From Sphaerodactylus townsendi (lineage: Eukaryota), in the NCBI RefSeq assembly GCF_021028975.2, contig NC_059427.1, positions 116,498,001-116,562,000 on the forward strand: 64,000 nt of DNA, given 5' to 3'. This document shows, piece by piece, positions 26,362 through 38,915 of this stretch. A model generated the notes under the pieces. The model was not told the DNA's origin and did no database searches. It was given only the letters and a program-made list of their open reading frames with translations. Within the stretch, counting starts at the first letter, position 1. The number at the start of each line of letters is the position of its first letter. The position numbers were made by a program, and so were the translations under genes.

Positions 26362-26440
26362 CTCATGAAAGTATCAATTTCCAGACTGGAGATCCCTAGG
26401 AGTTTTTCCACATCTTCTTTCACCTTTTCTGAATAGCCAC
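26362..26440 (-). CDS. HEXD: HEXD coding exon 9
   Basis: GYSEKVKEDVEKLLGISSLEIDTFM; caag and AG|gtaaaa; 79 nt. Confidence 0.94.
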
Positions 26441-27058
26441 CTTGAGAGATTTAAAATAAAAAAGGTGGGGGGAGGAGTAGAGTTAAAGCATGTAAGGGAG
26501 AATTTTTTTTAAAAAAATGTAAAGCCTTTAATCAAAATCAAAGCTGGCATGGACACTGAGTTTCCTGCCACAGAGTGTTCACATGTTAACACAAAGGGCA
26601 AATGGGAATTCCAGGAGCAACCTAGTCAGAATTCAACCATGGCTCATTGTTTATAACATTTCATACTGATGGCAAAGTGACATAACCTGTATTTGTAAAA
26701 CCCTACCCCTGCTCGGCAAAAATTAAAGCATGATGCCAGTCTGCCCAGGTGCTTTCTAAATGATGGATCAGGACTCACCAGGTTATGGAGGAATGGGGAA
26801 AACAAAACAAAACTGTGAATGCACTTTCCAGGTCAGGGATTGGTACAGATACATGGGTCTTGGACTTTGAGGGCAATTCTGAGTTGCCCTGGATTCCCAT
26901 TCAGGAAAAAGTAGGGTATACATTTTAAACAGTTTTCAAATCAAACAGCAGTTTGAAAACAATGTACAGGTTCTGATCTTAGTAAATTTTTAGAGTTTTC
27001 ATGACACTACTAATGTGCACCTGGCTTAGATCTGACCAAGGAGAGAGTCATTCTATAC

Positions 27059-27141
27059 CGTTCGTTAGTGCCTGGAGACATATGGCTAATGATGGGATTC
27101 CTACAGGCAGAAGATCACATAGAACAGAGAAGTGGTCATAC
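27059..27141 (-). CDS. HEXD: HEXD coding exon 8
   Basis: [27 protein letters not shown]; ctag and G|gtatag; 83 nt. Confidence 0.96.
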
Positions 27142-27706
27142 CTAGAGAAGAAAATGCAGGGCTATTTAGTAAATGGCAATGTAGACAGATATTAGATTCA
27201 GTGACTAAAAGAGCTTTAGTGAAGCACAGCTCTTGATTTATGTGAGTACATATTTGCTTGTTCTTTTCTGACACATAAGAACTTGGCATCCTGAAACAAA
27301 GATGTAGATACGCATATACTTAATTTGAGTATTCTTCTTCTAGAACTATTTTTTTTATGGATTGAGATAATGGAATGGAAAAATAGGTCTGGAACATCAG
27401 GAACTTTGAAGAAGGGAATGAGTGAGAAGAGAGCTGGTCAATAAACATGGGTAGCAAATAAGACAGAACAATGGTAAGATCATAAAAGCCCTCTTCTTGC
27501 TTTAACCTCTTTCCTCAGTTCTGAAGTGATCAAATACATTGTAATATGTAACAGTTGTGAGCCACCTTGAGCCCATTTGATGGGGAAAGGCAGCCTAAGG
27601 ATCAAATAAACAAACGTAAAGAAAGAAAGAAAAGAGACTGGGTCCTGTAATTTTCAGTACATTAATAATGCTACAGATATCAATTGCCTTCAGAAATCGT
27701 AATTAC

Positions 27707-27902
27707 CTTTGCCATCCAGTTAAGGCAATTCCTTGGAGGATACTAGGAGGAGTGCTCTCGGCCACTTTTATCCATTGTTGGTGATTTTTAAGATGATGCC
27801 CAATAAATGTAAGACACTGGTTTACTCCAGTGGCCCCTTTAAAAGCACTAGCAAACCATAATTTGGGAAATTTACATTTCTGGTACTTTTCTATGAGAGT
27901 TG
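27707..27902 (-). CDS. HEXD: HEXD coding exon 7
   Basis: [25 protein letters not shown]...QGIALTGWQ; ccag and AG|gtaatt; 196 nt. Confidence 0.96.
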
Positions 27903-28160
27903 CTGGAAGGCAAGACAGAGAAGATTGTCATCAATTGTAGAAAGTGTTAAAATTAGAGAATACGATGCATACTAGTTCCATAAATAGAAGATAATGTACC
28001 CCACCCCATCACAAGAATAGCTTCTTGGATACCACTGAATGAGAATTCTGAAGCGTACACATTTCTTCTGTTGACAGTGCATGGGATCCAACTTGCTTCA
28101 AGTAGAAAATAAGTGAATTGTAACTTGGTGATAAAGATATAAAAGGTGGTAGTCAGGCAA

Positions 28161-28220
28161 ACTTATCCATTTATACGGACTTATCCATTTATACGGATCC
28201 AGACTTATCCATTTATACGG
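28161..28220. repeat. Tandem repeat ACTTATCCATTTATACGG x3
   Basis: Directly visible. Confidence 0.85.
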
Positions 28221-29101
28221 ATCTCTGCCGATTATTCTGAGACAATGCCAAAGAAGTCTCAGATTTCAATAAGAGAACAGTAGAGTATTAGATATAATTC
28301 ACAAACTACTTAATCCAGTTTGCTTGATTCAGGACAGCTTTAGCCTCATTAACTTAACATTGGTAGCCAGTGGGGTATTTATTAGAGTGCTGGACTAGGA
28401 AAACCGAGTTTTCCTAGACCAGCACTCTATTCAGCCATAAAGCTCACTGGGTGACCTCCAGTCAGACATGTTCTTTCAGCCTAACCTATCTACAGGGTTG
28501 TTGATAGAGGAAAAAATATTGTAACTGGAAACCAAATTGGAAACCAACCTGAACTACTACTAATTGAAGAATGAGTGACATTAAAGGAATGACTTGGTTT
28601 AAGGAATAGCTGAAGTGGTTAGGTGGGTTGCAGGTTACAGTGTCAATTAAGAGCCAAACTTGACTTGAAGAGGTCTTCATGTCCACCATGGGATGCCACC
28701 ACCATTTTAAAGTGGTTTAAATTCACTGTAGTGGCCTGGTGCTTGATTAAGCCCACAGAACAGTAGGCTGAAATACTCTTATACCTCCCACACCTTTTCA
28801 TGTGCTGAGAGAGCACTCAGGGGTAGGGAGAGAACAAGAGCACCTCAGCCTGCTGATCTGCGGGCCTGAACATGATTCGCCATCACAGCATTTTTAAATC
28901 TCTTTAAAATGACAGCAGTGTGCCTGTGGCAGACACACACACTGTCATGTTGAGTTTGACCCTTAGGCACATAGATGAAATATTCCGCCAGCTCGGTTTT
29001 ATGTATTCAGTATGTACTGATGCTTGCTGATAAACTATTATGTTGCTCCAAGAGTGTAGCAATAGTTGCCCATTTTATATTCACAATAACTCTGTGAGGT
29101 A

Positions 29102-29354
29102 CCCTGTTTCTCTGAAAATAAGACATCCCCTGAGAATAAGACGTAGTAGAGGTTTTGCTGAAGTGCTAAATATAAAACGTCCCCCAAAAGTAAGATGTAG
29201 CAAAGTTTTTGTTTGGAAGCATGCCCGTCGAACAGAACACCAGAGCATGCAGCTGTGGAGCGGAAAAATAAGACATCCCCTGAAAATAAGACATAGCGCA
29301 TCTTTGGGAGCAAAAATTAATATAAGACACTGTCTTATTTTCGGAGAAACACGG
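29102..29354. mobile_element. Tc1/mariner-superfamily (pogo/Tc2-like) MITE
   Basis: TIR CC(C/G)TGTTTC...GAAAATAAGAC; TA on both flanks; second copy inverted at 44355-44586. Confidence 0.85.
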
Positions 29355-29472
29355 TAGGGCTATGTTTAGTGTGTATCCTGCTAGTATCCTGTGTGCTTTA
29401 TGGCACCGTACAGATTGAAACCCATGATTAGCGATTCTCACTGTTTCTGGCAAATCATAAAACAGTTCTCAC

Positions 29473-29544
29473 CTTTATTGGTGACATCAAGATCAGGAGC
29501 ATAGTCCCAGATCATCAGCTCTACAAGCTGTGCTATCCCAGAAT
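29473..29544 (-). CDS. HEXD: HEXD coding exon 6
   Basis: DSGIAQLVELMIWDYAPDLDVTNK; ttccag and G|gtgaga; 72 nt. Confidence 0.95.
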
Positions 29545-30020
29545 CTGGAAAGATGCAAAAATCTGAGTGATTATAACGAGCTTGTGAAGAGAGTGCAATA
29601 TTTTGTACAAAAGACAGATGAAAAAAACTTCATTTGGGAACAAGGTCCAAAGGCTCAAGGAAAGAAACAGAAAAGCGCCTCTTCCTCAAACAACAACAAC
29701 GACCAACTATAAAGAAAGCAGAGAGAGCTCAGAAGTAGCAATATATTAACAAGACTGGCAGATATTTTTAAAGTATTCCTATGATTCATTACCAAGCGCA
29801 CCTACGACTTCTGTAATTCAGCACAAACTGGAAACCCCTTAGTTCAGACATTTTTACTTTGCCCTTCCTCCCAAGGCTCAGGGTATTATATATCATTGCC
29901 CCCTCTTCCATTTTTTCCTCACAATAACCCTCTGAGATAGTAAGGCTGAGAAAGAGGGACTGGCCTGCAAGAATCATGATTATTGTAGGGATTTTCAGAT
30001 CAGAATTGTGCTCGAGTCTA

Positions 30021-30133
30021 GGAACTACAATTCCCATCAGCCTCTACCAGCATGGCCAATTGGGCATGCTGACAGAGGCTGATGGGAATTGTAGTTCCTG
30101 AACATCTGGAGAGCCGCAGGTTCCCTACCCCTG
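30021..30133. mobile_element. Palindromic hAT-like MITE (copies at ~44828-44915 and ~63250-63350)
   Basis: ggaactacaattcccatcagcc / ggctgatgggaattgtagttcc arms; terminal ttccctacccctg. Confidence 0.7.
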
Positions 30134-30993
30134 TCCTAGATGCTAGTCCAACACTGGTAAATGCAGCACTGTAATGCAGACAAAGCTGAAGAAGTAATAT
30201 TCTGCTACTATTTTAAATGTTCCTCTCCTTCCCTACTGTTTCAAATACAAACTATTTTTATTTTTATATTTCTAAAATATTTGTAAAAAATCAATTTAAA
30301 TGAATGCTTTGATACTAATCTCAGTCTTTTCATTAAGCTCTATAATATCCAATATGCTTTTTAAAATTTTAATGTCAATTAATTAAGCATTCACCTTTTA
30401 AAGTTTCAGTAACCAATGAAGAAGTTTAGAAAACAAGGACATGCGGCTTGGCGCAGCTCATTAAAATTAATACTGACATCCATTTTTTTTTACTCACTCT
30501 TTTCAGTTTCTCTGTATCTCTGAAACATAGCATATGTCCAGGTGTGGACACTGAAGCAAATGTCTACTTTTTTGAAAAGTGTTATTTTTAAATGGTGGTG
30601 CTGATTCTTCTTGGCATTTCAAAAATCTTTCTCCAAAACACAAAGCATTTCTTAAGCTACATTTAGATTGGAATCCCATAGTGCCTCAGAGACCAACAAG
30701 ATTTTTGGAGTATAAGCTTTTGAGATTCAAAGCTCTCTTCAGCAGAGTAGAGAACCTGGCCTCTCAAATGCTTACACCTCAAAGTCTCCAAGGTGCTACT
30801 GAACTCAAACCTAGCTGTTCTATTGAGACCAACATGGCTAATGTCTGAAACTAAGCTACATTTGAAACCCCGATTAATTTTTTTCTTAGCCCCACTCAGA
30901 CATTCACCATGAGACATTCATTGGCTCATTTGGATTACAAGGGTGTTTCAGACATGAAATCAGAATTTAAAAACCCATTCTCTAGTAACATAC

Positions 30994-31177
30994 CTTTCAA
31001 CGTTTCTTCACTCATTTCCCTCAGCATGTCATCCCATACCACAGGTTTCACTGTGGGGTGGGCTGAGACCACATGGCTAGCCACAGCTTTCAAGTGGGCC
31101 AGGCATAGCTTTTCAATGGTATTTTTTTCTTGCTGCAGCCACTTTTTCGACTCTTCCCCTTCACCAAGATAATAAAC
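30994..31177 (-). CDS. HEXD: HEXD coding exon 5
   Basis: [16 protein letters not shown]...[16 protein letters not shown]; ttcag and G|gtatgt; 184 nt. Confidence 0.96.
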
Positions 31178-31986
31178 CTGAAGAAGCCACAAAAGACAAA
31201 TTTCAGCGACTATTACCACTATGCAGTGTGCTAGACACCACTGCAGTAAGAAAGGAAAGTGGTGAGTTTCTCACAAGGAAATAATCCTTTCCAGTCACAG
31301 TAGACAAAACTAAGCTACCCGGTGCAATGATCTGATTCAGGGTGGGACAGCTACATACATTCTCAAAGTATGCTTCATTTCACATACTCAATTATCACAC
31401 CTCTAACCTCCAACAGAATGCAGTTGATGGGGCGAATGTCTACATCTACATTCTGCTAGCATCATTCATTCAATTGCACATACAGGTACAATGCATTGCT
31501 GCATGTTTTAAAGCCAAATGATTTGATATCATTTGTAACAAAACATCTTACAAAGTTAACACCACAAAACCAGGAAAAGGGGGGAGTGCATCCCCGCTCT
31601 TTTCTGCCTTCTTTTATTTGACGCAACTCCTGTTTTTTTCCATGGTTTAGATACCACAGTAGCTATGAAAGGAGAAGGAAAGCTGTGAGAAATTCCCTTC
31701 TCTACTCCACCCCCATCTGTAAAGACATCAAGCACACCGTGGTAATGCCAAGGAACATTTAAACTAGCAGACAAGTTGCCACATGATAATAATGTTATTA
31801 ATATTGTAATGTTTACTACGTGATTATAGAACTTGACATCCCATCATTCCCAGGGACAAGAAAGGCATTCTAACCTCAAGGGAACAATAAAAATGTAGCA
31901 ACAGGAAATGGCCAACTTCCAAGGCTCTTACAAGGTAAAAGTTGTTGCAGTTACTTGCAGGGCAGTTTCAATCCCAGCCTTACAAG

Positions 31987-32118
31987 AGGTTTCACTTGGG
32001 GTGGGCTGAGACCACATGGCTAGCTTTCAAGTGGGCCAGGCATAGCTTTTCAATTGTATTTTTTTTCTTGCTGCAGCCTCTTTTTTGACTCTTCCCCTTC
32101 ACCAAGATAACAAGCCTG
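31987..32118 (-). pseudogene. Decayed partial duplicate (pseudo-exon) of HEXD coding exon 5
   Basis: Aligns by eye to ~31043-31180 with a +1 A, a 6-bp deletion and a 1-bp deletion; flanked by duplicated intron segments ~31820-31984 and ~32142-32304. Confidence 0.9.
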
Positions 32119-32311
32119 TGTTTATTAAGTTATTTACTAAGTGATTATAGAACTTGACATCCCATCATTCCCAGGGACAAGAAAGGCATTCTAACCTCAA
32201 GGGAACAATAAGAATGTAGCAACAGGAAATGGCCGACTTCCATGGCTCTTTCAAAGTAAAAGTTGTTGCAGTTACTTGCAGGACAGTTTCAATCCCAGTC
32301 TTACACTATAC

Positions 32312-32476
32312 CTCATCACAACCAATGTGAAACCATCGAATTTCTTCATGCAGTGCTACCACTTGGTCTATCATTTTGCTGACAAGCTGCAGGGATTCTT
32401 CCTTGTGTGGGCTCACAGTGTTGGGAAATGCTGCCACTTCCCGCAGGTGGAGGAACTCTTTGTGCTTCAGGACAAA
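32312..32476 (-). CDS. HEXD: HEXD coding exon 4 (catalytic HIGCDE motif)
   Basis: [29 protein letters not shown]...WFHIGCDE; gcag and GAG|gtatag; 165 nt. Confidence 0.97.
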
Positions 32477-33559
32477 CTGCAGGAGAAATAGGAATCAGCA
32501 GACGTAGTCAGCAAGCCAAAACAAAAATGCCAAAGGTCAATAGCTTTTGGAAAAGCTCTAAAACCACTGGGCTTAGAGGAGCATGATTCTGCTGAAGAGT
32601 GCCTTAGTATTATATTAGTCCCTTGCGTCACATGATTTTGGATATCCCAGAATATTCCCCAGAAAAAGTACAGCAAAGTGGATAGTCTCCAGAATGAATA
32701 GGGAATACAGCCCCATATATCTTCACATTTATGTAAGATTTTCCAATATAAAAATAACACAAAGATGTTATGTCATACAGATCCAGTGACGAAACGGCTA
32801 CTGTCAAAAGTCTAGAAATCTGCATAGCTATGAATGTAAAATTCAGCTATCTAGTGGCAACCTTCAAAGGAATCCTTGTAAAACTGTCAATCCAACTCCA
32901 GTAGCAAAATACAATTTAAGAATATCATGAGTTGGAGAAGGGAAATAGCCAGACTATGCAAGCAAATAAAGGAAACTTTAAAAGTCAGAAAATAATGCAG
33001 CCATATGGGGTGGAGGAGAGGAAGAAGAAGGATTGCTTATTCTAACAGCTGTGATGCCACATAGGCACTATTCAGCAGGTAGTCAAAAGGAACAGATTCT
33101 ACAAACAAAAAAAATCAGAATACAAACTTCAGGCATTTTATTTTAACTCATTAGTACAGGCAGGAATAGAGGCAAGAAAATAATTTCTCTATACAAACAC
33201 ATAAGAGAGCATATAAACATATGTATGCATGAAAGAAGATACTAGAGGCCTGTGAAGGAACTTTATCCAGGCGGCCAAGGATTAAAACTTGTCCTTCTTT
33301 TGAAGACTAACTTCCTGTCAGGCCACAAAAGGTATCTCCATGCTGGATGCCCATATACCAACTGACATTTTTTGACATATCATTTTTTTCAACAGATGTA
33401 TGATGACCTCTATCAGTCATCTCCCACATCAAAGTATCGAAGTGGCCTCTGGTTAATCCTGGAGAAATAAAATCTCAACTGACTTAAAAGAGGCAAAGCC
33501 CCTAGAATAGATGCCACCCCCCAGGGTTTTCTAAATGTTGATTGGTGGGTGCCTTTCCT

Positions 33560-35155
33560 GGCGTCTTTCTAGCAATTTGACCAGTTATCTTTTCAGGTAC
33601 TGTGGTATGGAAGTAAAAAGAGAAGTAGGAATGACCCAGTGAAATATAAGCATGTTAATTATTTTTAGTAAATTATATGCCAGGCACCTTCTCGATAAAC
33701 TCTCAAATTAATTAGATCAGGAGGGCATAATTACAGAGGGTTTAGAGAGGGTAGATCTACAGCAGACCACTGTCCAACCCTTCAACATCCAATTGAAAAA
33801 TATCACAACAAAGGCGTGTCTTCATTATATGCTGCTTTGGTTGATCTGAAGGCAGCATTTAATTCTATCTCCCAATCTAGACTATGAGAACAACTAGAAT
33901 GATCAACTATAGACTACATGTTATATAAACAACATTGTAAGTTATCTGGACGAAATTGACCTTCACCAACCAAACTAGCAGTTCATCATATATCACCAAT
34001 TCTTCTATACACCAATGATGCAGTCATCATGTCCCGGACTCCAATAGGAAAGAAAAGAGACTTTTAAAAAATTGGGCCAGTGCTGAGATAAAAAAAACAC
34101 TTCTAGATAACCAAAATAATGGCTTTTGGGAAGCATCAGAAAAGCTGGACCTGCAAACTGAATGGCTTTAAACTGGAAAAAGTAAATAAAATATCTTGGG
34201 GTCATCCTTCAGGCCTCTGGATCTAAGGCAGCCCATAATAACTATATGGATGACTTGAGAAAGAAATCAGCTCATAATATTCTCAGGTTTTTTTCCACTA
34301 AAAGAGAGCACTTTGTTCCAGTTGCTTGAAAGTTGTAAAACCTTGGCACAATTCACATATGGGGCCTTTCATGGACCTCCAGAAACCTGTTTTGAGATCC
34401 TAGAGAGAATTCAATCTAAATTTCTCAGAGCTGCCCTTTAAATTCCCACCTGTCTATCAAATTATATCATTGCCGTGGGACAGGCAAGCTGAAAGTCGAG
34501 GCAAGAATCTGTCTTTCATCCTTGTCCTTATGGGTCAAAGCAAATTAAATCTCTGAGATCTATTTCCTCTGACCTCCCCCCCCCCCCCAGCATATAAAAT
34601 ATACATCCTCATACTGGCTGTTCTTCTCCCACTTCTAGAAATTAATAACTACAAAACATCATTTACCTTAGCTAGAAGCTCTGCTTTACCAACAGCATTA
34701 CTGGAAGGTAAGTATAGAAAAATCCCTAGATCAGAGAGGTTATGCCCATGCGAACCAAAGCAAGTGGAATCAATGGATCATGTCTTTTTCCACTGCCCAT
34801 TCTAGGAAGCTGCTTGATTCAAGCTCATCTGTTCATTGTTAGATTTAATTACAGATGGATCTAGATCTGAATGTCAAAATGTTCTTGTCCAATGATAAAT
34901 CTGAGGTCTCTATGCAAATTGTGAATTTTTGTGTATATATATATATGCAAAGCATGTCATCAGGTAGCCAAACAGAAATGCCAGATGGAGTAATGGTATC
35001 TTAGAAATTTAATTACCTTTTATTTAGACTTTTCTTCTTTTGTCAAGTTTTGTATTATGGATTATTTTTATACAGAGTAGAATTCTTATTCAGACTTTTA
35101 AACGCTATTTTTCTATTTGTACATCTGGCCAATGATTTTATTAATAAATAACGTA
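33560..35155 (+). mobile_element. Decayed non-LTR retrotransposon (RTE-X-like) 3' portion
   Basis: VDLKAAF and KYLGVIL RT remnants; C-terminal GKYRKIPRSERLCPC...HVFFHCPF zinc knuckle; AATAAATAA tail. Confidence 0.65.
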
Positions 35156-35392
35156 ACATATCAACTATAAATGTGAGTTTCTGTTTGCAGAACAAATTAC
35201 TTTCTACATCTTAGCAGCTCTGCAAAGATCAAAGCCAGATGTTCTGTGTCTGGAGCTTTATAACACATATCCAGTTATTAGAAGGGTAAAGAAATCTCAC
35301 TTGCCATTTCTGTTAGCACTAAAGGGCTAATGATAAGTCTTATACACATCTGTCCCCAAACGAAAATGAATGTAATCAGTCATGGAACTCAC

Positions 35393-35480
35393 CTCCATGT
35401 GTCCAAAGGTCTGTACCAGAGGGATGACCTCTAACTTGTGCAACTTTGCCAGGTTTAAAATCTCTTTAATCTCAGAGGGA
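35393..35480 (-). CDS. HEXD: HEXD coding exon 3
   Basis: [29 protein letters not shown]; ctag and GAG|gtgagt; 88 nt. Confidence 0.96.
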
Positions 35481-36020
35481 CTAGAAAGAAATAATTTAGT
35501 TGCCAATGCTATATTTGAACATTAAGTATTCTGTTTACTTTGTCTTTCTTATATCGTTATTATCTTGCATCCATGTCAAGAAGCCTGTACTAATTAGCAT
35601 GTTCAGAAATTATTTTCTTTACCCAAGTTGCCACAGACACTTGAAAAAAATCTATAGAAATAATCCCCACTGACAGGGCAATTTTATCTAAGATATTATA
35701 ATACTCATAAGTGAGTACTGTGCTTAGTCTTGAACCAGCAAACTAGACAGAGACTTTCAGCAAGTTTATTATCTTTTTCTGAAAAAAAGAAAACGTTCTT
35801 TTAATTAGACAAGTTAATAAAAATTAGAAACAAATACAAACTAACCCTATAAGTACTGAAAAACCATATGCAAGAAAAATCAGACCTCTAATATTTCTCA
35901 AACATAATTGAATATATGCGATTTAAAGTAAAGCAAATTTCAAATTACTATCTCAGAATGCTTCAGAAAGCTTTGGAAGGCCAATAAACACCCACAGCTC
36001 CGGCAGTCATCTTAAAATTA

Positions 36021-36110
36021 CTGTATATACTCGAGTATAAGCCGAGGGGGGCTTTTTCAGCATTAAAAATCTGCTGAAAAAGTTGACTTATACTCGAGTA
36101 TAAGATACGG
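36021..36110. mobile_element. Short Tc2-like MITE (related end at ~48221-48310)
   Basis: TIR ctgtatatactcgagtataag / cttatactcgagtataagatacgg; TA flanks. Confidence 0.7.
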
Positions 36111-36401
36111 TATCCCATTCTTCCCAGTACAGAAGGATTGTATATATGTGTCAAGATTAATTAATTTATTTCACATGACTCCAAGGAAGCATTTTATAGC
36201 TTTTAACCATGTTTGGTTTTGGCTCTAAATTTTCATAATCATAGCCCTGTTTTTTCCTTATCACTCTACATTCAGACTGGACTTTGCACATTTAGTGACC
36301 TTTTGAGATTTCAATACAGCTTCTGAATTGACAAGCTTCTAATTCTGCTTATTTGAAATAGACACCCAACTGCAAATAGAAGATCGTATTAGTCTTCTCA
36401 C

Positions 36402-36511
36402 CTGTAGGCATCATTTGCTTGGAGTGACTTCAACTCTCCATCGTAAGGGAACATATCTTCATATTCAAGGAGAATTCCATTTGCCCCCAGGTCATGGAAC
36501 AAAGGGAAAAT
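36402..36511 (-). CDS. HEXD: HEXD coding exon 2
   Basis: [36 protein letters not shown]; acag and AG|gtgaga; 110 nt. Confidence 0.97.
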
Positions 36512-37045
36512 CTGTTGGGTTCATAAGACATTTCAAAACTCAAGCCAGTGTGGATTGATAAAACTTCATTTTGTGAGATTGAAGAAGCCTAAACAAGCTC
36601 ACACAGAAGTCAGTTCCATGATAGTCAATGGATCTTACTCCCAGGAAAATGTCCTTAGGATTGTTTTGCCCCTCCGGCAGGGCCCAAATCCTTAGAGAAA
36701 AATCTAAAACAGCCTATCAAAGCCTGTTGCTTCTAATCTTGAGGGAAGATATGATTTTTTTTCTCTCGGAAGACTTTGCAGATGTCTAAAGCAGGGAGTC
36801 TAAAGTCTTACAATGAGATATTGTATTGCAGATTAATGGACTGTTTCATTTGTGACTATATTATGTAAGCCACCCTTGCAATTAAAGTGTAAGGAAAGAA
36901 AACTACATATATGCCTTATATCGCAGGCTGTACAATGCCTAAATGAGGCGAAGTATGTCAAACCATAATGAAGTCTACTATTGAGCCTCAATCAAACTCA
37001 TTCTGTTTTTGTTTTATTTTTGCAGAGTAAATTGAGATCCAGCTA

Positions 37046-37252
37046 CGGTTGCCAACTTCCAGGCTGAGCCAATCTCCCAGAATTACATTTGATTTCCAGA
37101 CTACAGCGATCGATTCTCCTGGACAAAATGGCTGCTTTGGAGGGCAGGCTCTATAGCATTATAATGCAGTGAGGCCCCTCTCCAAACCCTGCCCTACCCG
37201 AGATTCACTTCCAAATCTCCACCAATTTCCAAACCTGGAGTTGGCAACCCTA
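37046..37252. mobile_element. MITE with GGTTGCCAAC TIRs (partial copy ~20990-21195)
   Basis: ggttgccaacttccagg / cctggagttggcaaccc inverted ends. Confidence 0.65.
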
Positions 37253-38113
37253 TTTCCAGCATACCATCAGCAACACTATAAAGTAAGAATACAAAATGGC
37301 TGTTCCAAGAACGCAACTGCAATTTATAGAGAGGACAGGGATGATTCAGGTAACAAGTCAACAAGATTGTAGTTACATTATAGAAATCCATGAATTAACT
37401 GACCACAGATGGATAACTGACAGGATTTTGAAACAGATTAGTACTAGGCAATGTGTGAAAAAAGTTCTGGTTTGTTTCAGTAGCCTTTACTTTACCAGAT
37501 CTCAAGATACTGTAGTGAATGCCAGTGCACTATGGAATATTTCTGAATCCAAAGTTTAATCTTGATATTGGCAAGGAAAAAGCAGAATGGCTAGTTTGTC
37601 TTGAGTCTTAAAGCAGAGCAAAGTCCTTGCAAGTGTATGAAGACAGAGCAAGTTGTGGGTGAAGCCCTCTTACAGTCAATATGTGTAAGATTTAACACCA
37701 GGAAACCGAAACTTTCCCAGAGTTGCCAACTCCATGTCAAGAGAAAATCCAGCAACTTTCTGTGATTTTCCCAGTTTTTCTATTAAGTACAAAAAAAGCA
37801 CAGCATATCAATTTGTGCATGACTCTGACATTTTTTTCTTTAAAAAGTACAAACTAGTTCGGTCTTACCTTCTCAACATAAACTGAGCAAACAATCTCAT
37901 CCTTTTAAAAGTGTTACGCAGTAGAAAGAAGATATAAAGCACTATTGGGCAATATCAGCTACAGCACTGTTAAGTCCTTTCACATAGTTAGAGCAAGACA
38001 AATAGATATTTCTTTTGATTGAACTGATTACTTCTAAAATGGATTTGAACCCTCTCTCTGAACCAAACCAAAGAGTTTTGATTCCCTGGTTACACAGACT
38101 AAATCTTAGTTAC

Positions 38114-38212
38114 CTCAGCTAGGTATGAGACCTTTGGTGGTGCTCCCTTAAGATCCAAGTGCACCAGACGTAGTTCAAAGGGAGAAGAACTCATCACTCT
38201 GTTTTCTTCCAT
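38114..38212 (-). CDS. HEXD: HEXD coding exon 1 (ATG 38212; alternative ATG 38194)
   Basis: [33 protein letters not shown]|gtaact; [12 protein letters not shown] is the HEXD N-terminal motif. Confidence 0.94.
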
Positions 38213-38559
38213 GTTTCCTGCAGGATAACTGTAAGAAGCAAAACCAACTGTTACACCTGGAGCAGTAGCAAAATTACAAATAGGCTCATTTCCCCACATG
38301 ATGAAATGACAATTTTAAAAAACAGAAACTCATTGGCTGCCTTTCCAAGCAGAGATGGCACAGTGAGCAGGATGTGTAGAACTGGGATGCAGGAGTTGAG
38401 AAGTAAAAATTTGCAGTCTTGCAACTTGCTTCAACCAACTTCCACAGATGTCAACAGAACTTCATTCCAATGCAGAACACCCAGACTTGAGGTTTGAAGA
38501 ACTGTACAGCTGAAAGGAGGCTTAAGCCCTGTACTGCCTTAATTATAGAGATCTGTGTG

Positions 38560-38760
38560 TATGAAGTGCCAAGTCACAGCTGACTTATGGCAACCCAGTA
38601 GGGTTTTCAAAGGCAAGAGACTACCAGAGACGATTTGCTATAGCTTTCCTCTGAATAGCAGAGGTATGGTGGTCTCCCATCCAAGTACTAGTCAGATGCA
38701 CCCTGCTTAGCTTCTGAGATCTGTCAAGATCAAGCTAGCCTGTGCCATACAGGTCAGGAC
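38560..38760 (-). mobile_element. 5S rRNA-headed SINE (5S-Sauria-like); truncated relative at ~5782-5922
   Basis: ggtctcccatccaagtacta...ccctgcttagcttctgagatc is antisense 5S internal control region, joined to an RTE-type tail. Confidence 0.75.
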
Positions 38761-38796
38761 AATAGTAGAGATCAGCCATACCCAAATTAATTATAC

Positions 38797-38915
38797 TCAA
38801 TGTATTGTCGAAGGCTTTCATGGCCGGATTCAACTGGTTGTTGTGGGTTTTCCGGGCTGTGTGGCTGTGATCTTGTTCCTAACAAGTCAACAGCCCAGAA
38901 AACCCAATCATCAAT
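38797..38915 (-). mobile_element. Short Penelope pLTR-terminus remnant with inverted piece
   Basis: aatgtattgtcgaaggctttcatggccgga is the reverse complement (1 mismatch) of the PLE 3' end at ~43483-43512. Confidence 0.7.

Noticed and set aside
28161-28220. CRISPR-like repeats (also 7030-7092, 42040-42140, 61820-61866)
   Set aside because: Eukaryotic context, no unique spacers, no cas genes; these are simple tandem duplications.
38665-38760. 5S rRNA gene
   Set aside because: Diverged, incomplete and fused to a retroposon tail.
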